Position numbers and translations under genes: made by a program
In this document: piece by piece, positions 8,156 through 17,435 of the stretch
How positions within the stretch are numbered: the first letter of the stretch is position 1
Layout of the letters: each line of letters begins with the position of its first letter
Notes under the pieces: model-generated
Told to the model about the DNA's origin: nothing
Database searches by the model: none
Seen by the model: only the letters and a program-made list of their open reading frames with translations
Assembly (NCBI GenBank): GCA_965277405.1
Contig: OZ255726.1
Coordinates: 2,052,675-2,084,674, forward strand
Source: Gammaproteobacteria bacterium
Lineage (GTDB): Bacteria; Pseudomonadota; Gammaproteobacteria; G965277405
Length of the DNA: 32,000 bases
Direction: 5' to 3'

Positions 8156-10499
8156 TTCTGTTCCTAGCAAAACCGAAATTCGCGGTAAGATTGGCAGGCA
8201 GCTGATGCACGACAGCGCTGTCAAGCAGGTTGCAGGCGCAGCGCACTATATTGATGATGTTGCGGAACCTAAGGATCTGCTGCATCTGTATGTCGCCAAG
8301 AGCACGATGGCCCACGCAACAATCAGTAAACTCGACGTGTCGCAAGCCAGCGCTGCCGCAGGTGTCGCCGTTGTCTTGACTGCAGCAGATGTGCCTGGCG
8401 TCAACGATGCCTCTCCCGTGGCAGGGGACGACCCAGTTTTTGTAGAAGACCTAGTTGAATATGTCGGACAGTCGTTGTTTGTCGTTGCCGCCGATAGCCT
8501 GGAGCAGGCGCGAGCGGCCGCGGCTCTTGCTGTTGTGGAATATGAACAACTCCCTACTGTGCTGACAGTTGAGCAAGCACTCGCAGCGGGTTCGTTCGTG
8601 CTGCCAAGCCGTCACCTTGTCAAGGGAGACCCTGCATCAGCCCTCAAAACGGCCGTAAATAGATTGCAAGGTCGCGTTGAAATTGGTGGTCAGGACCATT
8701 TTTATCTTGAAGGTCATATCTCCGTGGCAACCCCGCGCGAGGATGGGGATGTCCACGTTCATTGTTCGACGCAACACCCGACTGAAGTTCAGCATAATGT
8801 CGCAAAGTTTCTTGATGTGGCGGACCATTCGGTCTGCGTTGAAAACAGGCGAATGGGCGGTGGGTTTGGCGGCAAGGAAACACAAGGGGCGTGGTTTGCC
8901 GCGATGGCAGCATTAGTGGCAACAACAACCGGGCGCCCAGCAAAACTAAGGGTGGACCGGGATGATGATATGATTATGACTGGGAAACGCCATGACTTTG
9001 TGATCGAGTATGATGTCGGGTTTGACGATGACGGCAAGATTGACGGCGTGGAATTTATGTTTGCATCGCGCTGCGGCCGCTCTGCGGACCTATCTGCTGC
9101 GATCAACGACCGAGCCATCTTCCATGCGGATAACTGCTATTTTATGGAAAATATCTCGATTATTTCGCACCGTTGCAAGACCCATACGGTCTCCAATACC
9201 GCCTTCAGGGGTTTTGGCGGCCCGCAGGGGATGATCGGCGTTGAACGGATGATTGACGAGATTGCACACGCGCTTGGCAAAGATCCTCTCGACATCCGCA
9301 AAATCAACCTATACGGCAAAACGGAGCGCAATGTCACTCCGTATCATATGGAGATTAAAGATAATATTATAGCGGAAATTATCGCCGATCTTGAGAAAAA
9401 ATCAGCCTATGCGGCGCGCGTCAAGGCTGTCCGTGAGTTTAATGCCAGCAGCGCGTATCTGAAAAAGGGCATTGCGTTGACACCTGTCAAATTCGGTATA
9501 TCTTTTACCACGACATTCCTCAACCAAGCTGGCGCACTCATTCATGTTTACACTGATGGCAGCGTCATGCTCAACCATGGCGGCACCGAGATGGGTCAGG
9601 GTCTGTTCATCAAGGTGGCCCAGGTTGTTGCCGAAGAATTGCAGATTGATATCGAGAGGGTAAAAATCACAGCAACGACAACCGACAAGGTGCCAAACAC
9701 GTCAGCAACAGCCGCGTCCTCTGGATCTGATATGAACGGCAAGGCGGCACAAATCGCCGCCAGAACAATTAAAGACCGATTAACCAAGTTTGCAGCAGAG
9801 CATTATCAGGTTGCTGCAAACGCTATTCGCTTTCTGCCCAATCGCATCCAAATTGGCAATAAGGTTGTTACATTTGCCGCACTGGTCGAGCAAGCCTACC
9901 TAAACCGAATTTCTCTTTCCGCGACTGGATATTATAAAACACCGAAAATCCACTATGACGCGGAAAACTATTCTGGACGCCCGTTTTACTATTTCGCATA
10001 CGGAGCCGCTGTCGCGGAAGCCATGATTGATACGTTGACTGGTGAGAGCAAAATCATGCGGGTTGATATCATCCATGATACTGGCAAAAGCCTTAATCCA
10101 AGCATTGATCTTGGTCAGATTGAAGGGGGCTTCATCCAGGGAATGGGATGGCTGACAACCGAGGAACTGGTGTTTGACGAGCGGGGTAACCTGATGACGC
10201 ATGCCCCGTCTACATATAAGATCCCAACGTGCAGCGACCGTCCCGCTATTTTCAATATGGAAATCTATGCTGGTGGCGAGAATGTGGAAAACAGCATTCA
10301 CAAGTCAAAAGCAGTTGGCGAACCGCCGTTAATGCTGGCGATTTCTGTCTTTAATGCGCTAACCGACGCCGTCAGAAGCGTTGCTGACTACCGCGAATTT
10401 CCTGCACTGGATGCCGCTGCGACACCAGAGCGAATTCTGCACGCCGTGCAGGATTTGCAGGAAAGGATGCGCAATAGCCAAAGGACTCCACCCGCATGA
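8148..10499 (+). CDS. xdhB: Xanthine dehydrogenase molybdopterin-binding subunit
   Basis: GRMGGGFGGKETQG, RGFGGPQGM, GGTEMGQGLF, KAVGEPPLMLAISVF motifs; start overlaps the end of xdhA. Confidence 0.93.
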   Translation: MRNSVPSKTEIRGKIGRQLMHDSAVKQVAGAAHYIDDVAEPKDLLHLYVAKSTMAHATISKLDVSQASAAAGVAVVLTAADVPGVNDASPVAGDDPVFVEDLVEYVGQSLFVVAADSLEQARAAAALAVVEYEQLPTVLTVEQALAAGSFVLPSRHLVKGDPASALKTAVNRLQGRVEIGGQDHFYLEGHISVATPREDGDVHVHCSTQHPTEVQHNVAKFLDVADHSVCVENRRMGGGFGGKETQGAWFAAMAALVATTTGRPAKLRVDRDDDMIMTGKRHDFVIEYDVGFDDDGKIDGVEFMFASRCGRSADLSAAINDRAIFHADNCYFMENISIISHRCKTHTVSNTAFRGFGGPQGMIGVERMIDEIAHALGKDPLDIRKINLYGKTERNVTPYHMEIKDNIIAEIIADLEKKSAYAARVKAVREFNASSAYLKKGIALTPVKFGISFTTTFLNQAGALIHVYTDGSVMLNHGGTEMGQGLFIKVAQVVAEELQIDIERVKITATTTDKVPNTSATAASSGSDMNGKAAQIAARTIKDRLTKFAAEHYQVAANAIRFLPNRIQIGNKVVTFAALVEQAYLNRISLSATGYYKTPKIHYDAENYSGRPFYYFAYGAAVAEAMIDTLTGESKIMRVDIIHDTGKSLNPSIDLGQIEGGFIQGMGWLTTEELVFDERGNLMTHAPSTYKIPTCSDRPAIFNMEIYAGGENVENSIHKSKAVGEPPLMLAISVFNALTDAVRSVADYREFPALDAAATPERILHAVQDLQERMRNSQRTPPA

Positions 10500-11596
10500 C
10501 GGATTGGGCAGATATCCTCAGCAAACACATGGAAAACGGCTGCCACTCCATCTTGTTGACGATTGCCGCCGTCCGCGGTTCTACCCCACGGGAAACTGGG
10601 ACGCGGATGTTGGTCACGATGCAGCAGACGTTCGGAACAATCGGCGGCGGAATGCTCGAATATCGGGCAATTCAACACGCAACTGGGCTGTTGCAGTCTG
10701 CTACGACTACCCCAGCAATTTTAAAAATCCTGCTCGGTCCAGAGCAGGGGCAATGTTGCGGTGGGCTGGTTGAACTGCTCGTCGCGCCTCTTGGTCAGCA
10801 AGATCTTGTGTGGATGAAAAATATTGTGGCGGCGAACAAACACTCACGGTGTGCTGTTCTGCATACCCGCTGGCAGGGCGGACAGATCCAGCGCCAGGTA
10901 TTCTGTAACCTTGATGACATTCCTGCCAATGAAAATTTGCTCAGACAACTATCGAGGATGGTTAGCAGCGATGGCACACCCCTTGTTGCAACCACCCCTG
11001 CGGGCGCAGATTTTACAGTTATAGAAGCCTTGAGCACTAACAAATTTCACCTTGTGCTGTTTGGTGCAGGTCATGTCGGCAAAGCCATCGTCCAGACTCT
11101 GGCAGGCTATCCCTGCTCGATCGCATGGGTCGATGAGCGCGCCGATATGTTCCCAGCAACCCTCCCTGCGATTGTAGAAAAATGGGTTACACCCTATCCT
11201 GCACGGTTGGTTGGTGAAACCCCACCAAATAGTTATTTCCTCGTGATGACCCATAGCCATCAACTGGATATGGAGATATGTGCGGCCATATTGAAGCGCG
11301 GTGCTTTTGGATATCTTGGGTTGATTGGCTCGAAAACGAAGCGGAATAAATTTGTAAAACGGTTAAAATTCAGAGGGTTTTCTTCAACGCGTATCAGTAA
11401 ACTCGTTTGCCCAATCGGGGTTGCTGCCATCAGCGGCAAGCATCCAAATGAAATTGCCATCAGTGTCGCAGCGCAGTTGCTGCAGCACCAGGAAATGCGT
11501 CAGTTGGCATCGAGAGATCTCGCAGTGTTTACCAGAGTTGAGGAAAAACGTAAGAAACTGACTCAGGTTACTGCAAAGTTTGAGACTAGTTTATAG
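10496..11596 (+). CDS. xdhC: Xanthine dehydrogenase accessory protein XdhC
   Basis: STPRETGTRMLVT, GTIGGGMLE, GPEQGQCCGG, GAGHVGKAIVQTL motifs; ATGA overlap with xdhB. Confidence 0.9.
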   Translation: MTDWADILSKHMENGCHSILLTIAAVRGSTPRETGTRMLVTMQQTFGTIGGGMLEYRAIQHATGLLQSATTTPAILKILLGPEQGQCCGGLVELLVAPLGQQDLVWMKNIVAANKHSRCAVLHTRWQGGQIQRQVFCNLDDIPANENLLRQLSRMVSSDGTPLVATTPAGADFTVIEALSTNKFHLVLFGAGHVGKAIVQTLAGYPCSIAWVDERADMFPATLPAIVEKWVTPYPARLVGETPPNSYFLVMTHSHQLDMEICAAILKRGAFGYLGLIGSKTKRNKFVKRLKFRGFSSTRISKLVCPIGVAAISGKHPNEIAISVAAQLLQHQEMRQLASRDLAVFTRVEEKRKKLTQVTAKFETSL

Positions 11597-11638
11597 GAGC
11601 ATAGCTAATTCTGGATTAAACAACAGAGAGACCGATAT

Positions 11639-13183
11639 ATGGAGACACAAGTTGCGCCGACACCCCGCCTAGAACTGAAGGGTATTACCAAAGCCTATCC
11701 TGGCGTGTTGGCTAATGATAGCATCGACCTGAAAATTTTCCCTGGAGAAATCCATGCTCTTTTTGGCGAAAATGGAGCCGGAAAAAGTACGCTCGTCAAA
11801 ATCATATATGGGGTTTTGCAAGCCGATTCTGGCATAATGGAATGGGATGGTAGGCCATTGCAAATTGCCAATCCCCACGCTGCGAGGAAAATCGGCATTG
11901 GTATGATTTTTCAGCATTTCTCACTCTTTGAGGCAATGACTGTTGTCGAGAATATCACGCTGGGGCTGCCATACCGCGAGAATATGGCTGAACTCGCGCA
12001 ACGCATCCGCGAAATTTCAGAAAATTACGGTCTCCTCCTCAACCCGTACCGATATGTCCATACGCTCTCTGTAGGCGAAAAACAGCGGATAGAAATTGTC
12101 CGTTGTCTGCTGCAAAACCCTAAATTGCTCATCATGGATGAGCCAACATCAGTTCTCACGCCGCTAGAAGCTGACAAGATGTTTACAACGCTACGCTGTC
12201 TGGCAACTGAAGGGGTTGCCATACTCTATATCAGCCATAAACTTTACGAAATACAGACCCTTTGCCATAAGGCAACAATCCTGCGGGGCGGCAAGTACAT
12301 TGCAGAATGTGACCCAAGCGTAGAGACCGCTAAAAACCTCGCCGAGATGATGACTGGCACCAACTTTACTGCAGCAAAGCACAGCGATAATAGCACGCGT
12401 GATCTGGTCTGCCTCAAGGTCAACAACCTCTCTTTGGATAGTACTGGTCAGTTTGGCACCGACCTCAATTTGATCAATTTCGAAGTAAGAAGCGGAGAAA
12501 TTTTCGGAATTGCCGGGGTTGCTGGCAATGGGCAAGTTGAGCTGCTAGCAGCACTTAGCGGCGAAGTAACGTGCAAAAATGCGCACGACATTCTGCTTGA
12601 ACAACAACCGATTGCCCATACAGGTCCCAATCAACGCAGGGAACTTGGTGTTGCATTTGTCCCCGAAGATCGGTTGGAGCATGGGTCTGTGGCTGACATG
12701 AGTTTGGTGGATAACGCCTTCCTCAGCGCCTATGGGCAGAAAAAACTTGTATGCATTGGTTGGATTAAAAGGCGCAAGACGATGAAATATGCAGATGAGA
12801 TTGTCGCCAAGTTCGATGTACGAACCACAGGGATTACCCACATGGCCAGCAGCCTGTCAGGCGGAAATCTGCAAAAATTTATCGTCGGCCGCGAAATGCT
12901 GAAAAAACCGAAATTGATCATTATTGCGCATCCTACGTGGGGGGTTGATGCATGTGCCGCCGCGGCTATCCAGCAGGCAATAATCGACCTCGCCGCAACA
13001 GGTACAGCTGTTTTGGTGGTTAGTCAGGACCTAGACGAACTATTTGCCATCAGTCATCGCATCGCGGTCATAGCAGCGGGCCGACTGTCCATCAGCCGCG
13101 CTGTTGATGAAATAGCAGTCGAGGATATCGGCGAGTTGATGGGCGGCGCCGCGGCAAAAATGGAATGTAACAATGTTGCTTAA
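11639..13183 (+). CDS. ABC transporter ATP-binding protein, duplicated ATPase domain, nucleoside/BmpA-type
   Basis: Walker [17 protein letters not shown], signature LSVGEKQR and LSGGNLQK, Walker B LLIMDEPTS; linked to the permeases and BMP-type binding protein. Confidence 0.88.
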   Translation: METQVAPTPRLELKGITKAYPGVLANDSIDLKIFPGEIHALFGENGAGKSTLVKIIYGVLQADSGIMEWDGRPLQIANPHAARKIGIGMIFQHFSLFEAMTVVENITLGLPYRENMAELAQRIREISENYGLLLNPYRYVHTLSVGEKQRIEIVRCLLQNPKLLIMDEPTSVLTPLEADKMFTTLRCLATEGVAILYISHKLYEIQTLCHKATILRGGKYIAECDPSVETAKNLAEMMTGTNFTAAKHSDNSTRDLVCLKVNNLSLDSTGQFGTDLNLINFEVRSGEIFGIAGVAGNGQVELLAALSGEVTCKNAHDILLEQQPIAHTGPNQRRELGVAFVPEDRLEHGSVADMSLVDNAFLSAYGQKKLVCIGWIKRRKTMKYADEIVAKFDVRTTGITHMASSLSGGNLQKFIVGREMLKKPKLIIIAHPTWGVDACAAAAIQQAIIDLAATGTAVLVVSQDLDELFAISHRIAVIAAGRLSISRAVDEIAVEDIGELMGGAAAKMECNNVA

Positions 13184-14252
13184 GATCGAAAAACGCCTTG
13201 AGCCTTCGCGGTCAATGGTGTATGTAACTCCAGTTCTTGCCATATTTTTCACTATTGTCACGGCGATGGTGCTCTTCACGTTTATGGGAGTCGACCCTAT
13301 TGATGCTCTCATAAATTTTTTTATTGTCCCGATCAACAACGAGTATGGTGTCACCGAGGTTCTCGTTAAAGCAACACCGCTAATCCTTTGTGCCATCGGT
13401 CTTTCTGTGGGATTTCGGGCGAATATCTGGAATATTGGTGCAGAAGGGCAGCTAACGCTCGGTGCTATTTTTGGCGGGGGTGTTTTTGTCTATTTTTACG
13501 ATGTTGACAGCGGGTTTCTGCTGGTGGTCATGATTATCATGGGTGCCGTCGGCGGTGCACTCTGGGCTGCCATTCCGGCTTTCCTTAAAACCCGGTTCAA
13601 TGCCAATGAAATCCTCACCAGTCTGATGCTGGTGTATGTTGCTCTGCTGATCTTGAGTTTTCTGGTCCACGGACCGTGGAGCGATCCAGACGGGTATAAT
13701 TACCCTGAATCAAGAATGTTCAGCGCCAGCGCGACCATGCCGATTCTGTGGCAGGGAACGCGCTTGCATCTGGGAACGATCCTAGCATTATTCGCCGTCT
13801 TCACCACTTGGATAATGCTGGCGAAAACGCTGATTGGTTTTCAGATCAAAGTCATCGGCTCAAGCGCAAAAGCATGTAAGTATGCTGGTTTCAGCCAAAA
13901 AAAAATTACTTGGTTCTGCCTGCTTTTTGGTGGAGGTATGGCTGGAATCGCGGGGATTTCCGAAGTCGCAGGTCCAGTTGGTCAACTGGTGCCCATCATC
14001 TCCCCAGGGTATGGATTTACAGCCATTATTGTTGCATTTCTCGGGCGGCTTCACCCAGTCGGTATTATTTTCGCTGGGCTACTAATGGCGCTGACCTATC
14101 TTGGCGGTGAAACGGCGCAGCTCAATCTAGGACTGCCAACTGCCGTGACTGGTGTCTTTCAGGGAATGGTTCTCTTCTACCTGCTGGGCTGCGATGTGTT
14201 GGTCAATTACCGTTTTCGTCCGCTTGGTTTTGCACGGGCTGTTCATGAGTGA
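13173..14252 (+). CDS. ABC transporter permease, nucleoside/simple-sugar type (branched-chain-like fold)
   Basis: Hydrophobic; GFRANIWNIGAEGQLTLGAIFGG and NANEILTSLMLVYVA motifs. Confidence 0.87.
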   Translation: MLLKIEKRLEPSRSMVYVTPVLAIFFTIVTAMVLFTFMGVDPIDALINFFIVPINNEYGVTEVLVKATPLILCAIGLSVGFRANIWNIGAEGQLTLGAIFGGGVFVYFYDVDSGFLLVVMIIMGAVGGALWAAIPAFLKTRFNANEILTSLMLVYVALLILSFLVHGPWSDPDGYNYPESRMFSASATMPILWQGTRLHLGTILALFAVFTTWIMLAKTLIGFQIKVIGSSAKACKYAGFSQKKITWFCLLFGGGMAGIAGISEVAGPVGQLVPIISPGYGFTAIIVAFLGRLHPVGIIFAGLLMALTYLGGETAQLNLGLPTAVTGVFQGMVLFYLLGCDVLVNYRFRPLGFARAVHE

Positions 14253-15174
14253 TTTTAGCTTGTTAGTCCCAGTAATTCTAACTGTTATCACCGCGGCAAC
14301 ACCGCTGGTTTTGGCCAGCATTGGCGAATTGGTGACAGAAAAATCTGGCGTTCTTAACCTAGGCATAGAAGGCATGATGATTGTCGGAGCTGTAGCCGCA
14401 TTTGTGACTGCAAAAGTGACCAGCAGCTATATTCTTGCTGTCCTTGTCGCCGCGCTGGCGGGTACTTGCATGGCGTTTATATTTGGTATCCTCACCCTTT
14501 CCTTGATGGCTAATCAGGTAGTAACTGGGCTGGCGCTGACGTTGTTCGGGACAGGTCTATCCTCGCTGGTTGGGCAGGACTTTGTCGGGGAGCCAATCGC
14601 TGCGATTGTCAAACTCGATATCAATGGCTTAACGACTCTGCCGATTGTCGGCCCCATCCTGTTTGGTCAGGATGCCTTGGTGTATTTGTCATTTGTGATG
14701 GTGGTGCTGGTTATCTGGTTCCTTAATACAACCAAAGCAGGCCTGATTCTTCGCGCTGTGGGTGATTCGCATGATGCTGCACATTTAATCGGATATTCGG
14801 TTATCGGCATCCGTTATCTTGCCGTTATGTTTGGTGGGGCCATGGCTGGAATTGGCGGCGCCTACCTCTCCTTGGCCTATACCCCGATGTGGGCGGAAAA
14901 CATGACAGCAGGTCGCGGTTGGATTGCTCTCGCCTTGATTGTCTTTGCAACTTGGAAACCTGGGTTGGTGCTGTTCGGTGCTTATATGTTTGGTGGTATT
15001 ACCCTGTTGCAATTGCATGCGCAGGCCGCAGGATTTGGCTTGCCGTCGCAAATGTTATCGATGTTGCCTTATCTGGCGACAGTGATTATCCTAGTTTTGA
15101 TTTCTAAGGACGAGTCACGTATCCGCAGACACGCTCCAGCTTGTATTGGGAAGATATTTCACCCTGCAGCGTAA
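14245..15174 (+). CDS. ABC transporter permease, second subunit
   Basis: GVLNLGIEGMMIVGA motif, hydrophobic; ATG 14245 overlaps the upstream gene. Confidence 0.87.
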   Translation: MSDFSLLVPVILTVITAATPLVLASIGELVTEKSGVLNLGIEGMMIVGAVAAFVTAKVTSSYILAVLVAALAGTCMAFIFGILTLSLMANQVVTGLALTLFGTGLSSLVGQDFVGEPIAAIVKLDINGLTTLPIVGPILFGQDALVYLSFVMVVLVIWFLNTTKAGLILRAVGDSHDAAHLIGYSVIGIRYLAVMFGGAMAGIGGAYLSLAYTPMWAENMTAGRGWIALALIVFATWKPGLVLFGAYMFGGITLLQLHAQAAGFGLPSQMLSMLPYLATVIILVLISKDESRIRRHAPACIGKIFHPAA

Positions 15175-15251
15175 TGCCCAAATTTAGGGAATTATATACC
15201 ATTTTAGCCAAGCACCACTTAACATATAGTTATTAAATGGTTTAAATACTA

Positions 15252-15279
15252 TTGACAAATAAATTTATTCCCCTACAAT
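15252..15279 (+). promoter_or_regulatory. Candidate sigma70 promoter for the transposon genes
   Basis: TTGACA (15252-15257), 16-bp spacer, TACAAT (15274-15279), upstream of ATG 15303. Confidence 0.55.
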
Positions 15280-15302
15280 TCTAGCCATAGGAAGGGGGTG
15301 TC

Positions 15303-15938
15303 ATGAACAAGCACAACAAACCTGAAATTATGAGCGCGTGGGACTTTATGGCGAGGTTCCCAACAGACGAACTGGCACGCGACCATATCGAACGCATGCG
15401 TTGGGGCAATGAACCTTATTGTCCACACTGCTGGAGCATATCGGTCAGTCGAATTAAGAACGAAAAACCCCAGCCGTTTCGCTGCAAGGATTGCCGAAAA
15501 CATTTTTCTGTCACGACGGGTACAGTTTTCCATTCAACGAACCTATCACCGCGTAAGTGTCTTTATGCAATCTATCTCATGGCTATTGCTAAAAAGTCGA
15601 TTTCAAGCTGCCAGATGGCGCGGGAGCTTGGTTGCACACAAAAGACAGCATGGTATCTCGCACAACGCATTCGGGAAACCTGGCTGAATAAGTCCAGCAC
15701 TGGCGATCTGATGACCGGCGAAATAGAAATAGATGAAACCTATATCGACGGCATCGAAAAGAATAAGCACGCCAATAAAAAACTTAGGGCCGGTCGTGGG
15801 CCGGTCGGAAAACAAGCTGTTATCGGGGTGCGTGAGCGTAAATCCGGTCGTATTACGGCACGTCCGATTGCCCACATCAACCAAACCATACGTAACGCCG
15901 ACGGTGTTCTTGGGTACAAGAACCTGACGGTTAATTGA
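15303..15938 (+). CDS. IS1595 family transposase, C-terminally truncated
   Basis: Zinc-ribbon YCPHC...FRCKDCRKHFSVTTGTVFH; GEIEIDETYIDGIEKNKHANKKLRAGRG. Stops at KNLTVN, before the expected C-terminal part of the DDE domain. Confidence 0.88.
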   Translation: MNKHNKPEIMSAWDFMARFPTDELARDHIERMRWGNEPYCPHCWSISVSRIKNEKPQPFRCKDCRKHFSVTTGTVFHSTNLSPRKCLYAIYLMAIAKKSISSCQMARELGCTQKTAWYLAQRIRETWLNKSSTGDLMTGEIEIDETYIDGIEKNKHANKKLRAGRGPVGKQAVIGVRERKSGRITARPIAHINQTIRNADGVLGYKNLTVN

Positions 15939-15949
15939 AAGGATAAACA

Positions 15950-16705
15950 ATGCCGCGCAAAGCCGAACAGCTTATTGAACCCATTGATACGACAATGGAC
16001 ACGCTGACAGCAACTGTCTTTTCAAACCAGAGAACTGTGCAGGCCCCGCCGGTTTCTTTACCCAAAGCTTTAACGCCGAACAGCCGCATCAAGATGGACG
16101 GGATTACGTTTCTGTCCCTATTGTCGGAGGCGGTAATCCCAGTCGCGTTTTTCGATCCGCAATATCGTGGCGTTCTCGAAAAGCTATCTTATGGGAACGA
16201 GGGGAAGGGGCGCGGAAAACGACGCTGCGCCTTGGAACAAATGCCCGAGGATGTAATCGCTCAATTCGTGCGCGGTATTGATCGCACCCTGATTCCATCT
16301 GGGCATTTGTTTTTATGGGTGGATAAGTTTCACCTCTGCCAAGGTATTCATGCGTGGCTGGACGGAACCTCGCTTGATATCGTTGATCTGGTTACTTGGG
16401 ATAAGGGAACCTTTGGTATGGGTTATCGGACACGCCGCCGCGCCGAGTACTGCATCATCCTTCAAAAACAGCCGCGCAAGGCAAAAGGTGTTTGGACAAT
16501 CCATAATATCCCAGATGTGTACCGCGAAAAGGCCGGACGGAAAGAACACCCGCATATCAAACCTATAGATTTACAAGGCGAACTTATGGCCGCAGTGAGC
16601 CGCGAAGGTGATTTCGTGATTGACCCAGCCGCAGGATCATTTTCGGTTATGCAAGCCACGCTAAATTACCGCCGCACTTTCCTTGGCTGTGATTTGAACG
16701 GATAA
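15950..16705 (+). CDS. Site-specific DNA methyltransferase, probably beta-class motif order
   Basis: Motif IV-like FFDPQYR N-terminal, motif I-like VIDPAAGSFSVMQATLNYRRTFLGCDLNG C-terminal. Confidence 0.8.
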   Translation: MPRKAEQLIEPIDTTMDTLTATVFSNQRTVQAPPVSLPKALTPNSRIKMDGITFLSLLSEAVIPVAFFDPQYRGVLEKLSYGNEGKGRGKRRCALEQMPEDVIAQFVRGIDRTLIPSGHLFLWVDKFHLCQGIHAWLDGTSLDIVDLVTWDKGTFGMGYRTRRRAEYCIILQKQPRKAKGVWTIHNIPDVYREKAGRKEHPHIKPIDLQGELMAAVSREGDFVIDPAAGSFSVMQATLNYRRTFLGCDLNG

Positions 16706-16710
16706 CGATC

Positions 16711-17382
16711 ATGGCCCGCATTCGGAATGCCCGTCCAAAGAATGTTTCTGGCTCTTACGAGCGGATATTCGACAATGCCGAACTCGGCGCACTCATTAGT
16801 AAAGTTCAATCCGCCGTCATCACATCGGGAACGGAGTTAGAGAAAAGGATCTCTGATATGGTCACCAATATAGACTGTCTGGATTCCTTTCTCAAACAAG
16901 AAATTATGCCGGATGGTGTGTGGCTCGCACGCAAGCGGCAAATTAAACGGAGCGATACCCTAGACTTTGCGGGCGCAGAGCCGGATTTCATGATTTTCAA
17001 ACGCCGACAAGGTGTCCAGTCCTGCCATATCGTTGAGCTAAAAGACGGACACGTATTTGATACCAAGAAAGCCAGTGCGGAACGTCAAGCTATGCATAAT
17101 TTTATCTCGCACAATGCCCAACACATCCAATATCGATTTCAAGCACATTTTTGTGCGTTCAATCAGGATGATCAGAATATGATATGGGTAGGTTTCAAGA
17201 AACGAATAGTTTTAAACGAAACAATGACAGGGCGCAAGTTCTGCGAGCTTTTAGAGCTAGATTATGACGCTATAATCGAGGCGAGGAAGGCTGACGGACC
17301 TGATAATGTCAATTTCTTCCTGTCAGAACTGGTCAAAATAGAGGGCATCCGTCCGCATCTGTTGGAATTGCTCAATGGCTAA
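16711..17382 (+). CDS. Putative restriction endonuclease, PD-(D/E)xK-like
   Basis: EPDFMIFKRRQGVQSCHIVELKDGHVFDTKKASAE fits PD-Xn-ExK; 5 bp downstream of the methyltransferase gene. Confidence 0.7.
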   Translation: MARIRNARPKNVSGSYERIFDNAELGALISKVQSAVITSGTELEKRISDMVTNIDCLDSFLKQEIMPDGVWLARKRQIKRSDTLDFAGAEPDFMIFKRRQGVQSCHIVELKDGHVFDTKKASAERQAMHNFISHNAQHIQYRFQAHFCAFNQDDQNMIWVGFKKRIVLNETMTGRKFCELLELDYDAIIEARKADGPDNVNFFLSELVKIEGIRPHLLELLNG

Positions 17383-17435
17383 AATGGTATATAGTTCCCC
17401 AAATTTATAATAGTTTTTAACAAAGAGAGAATGAA

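Larger units (their letters stand above)
15187..17399 (+). mobile_element. IS1595-type transposon carrying a restriction-modification-like gene pair
   Basis: Left end 15187-15210 GGGAATTATATACCATTTTAGCCA; right end 17376-17399, reverse complement GGGAACTATATACCATTTTAGCCA (23/24). Flanked by 8-bp direct repeats CAAATTTA at 15179-15186 and 17400-17407. Contains an ISXO2-like/IS1595-type transposase ORF. Confidence 0.9.

Noticed and set aside
6956-14375. Many antisense and alternate-frame ORFs over xdhA, xdhB, xdhC and the transporter genes
   Set aside because: Shadow ORFs expected in this coding sequence; low-complexity, no domain motifs.
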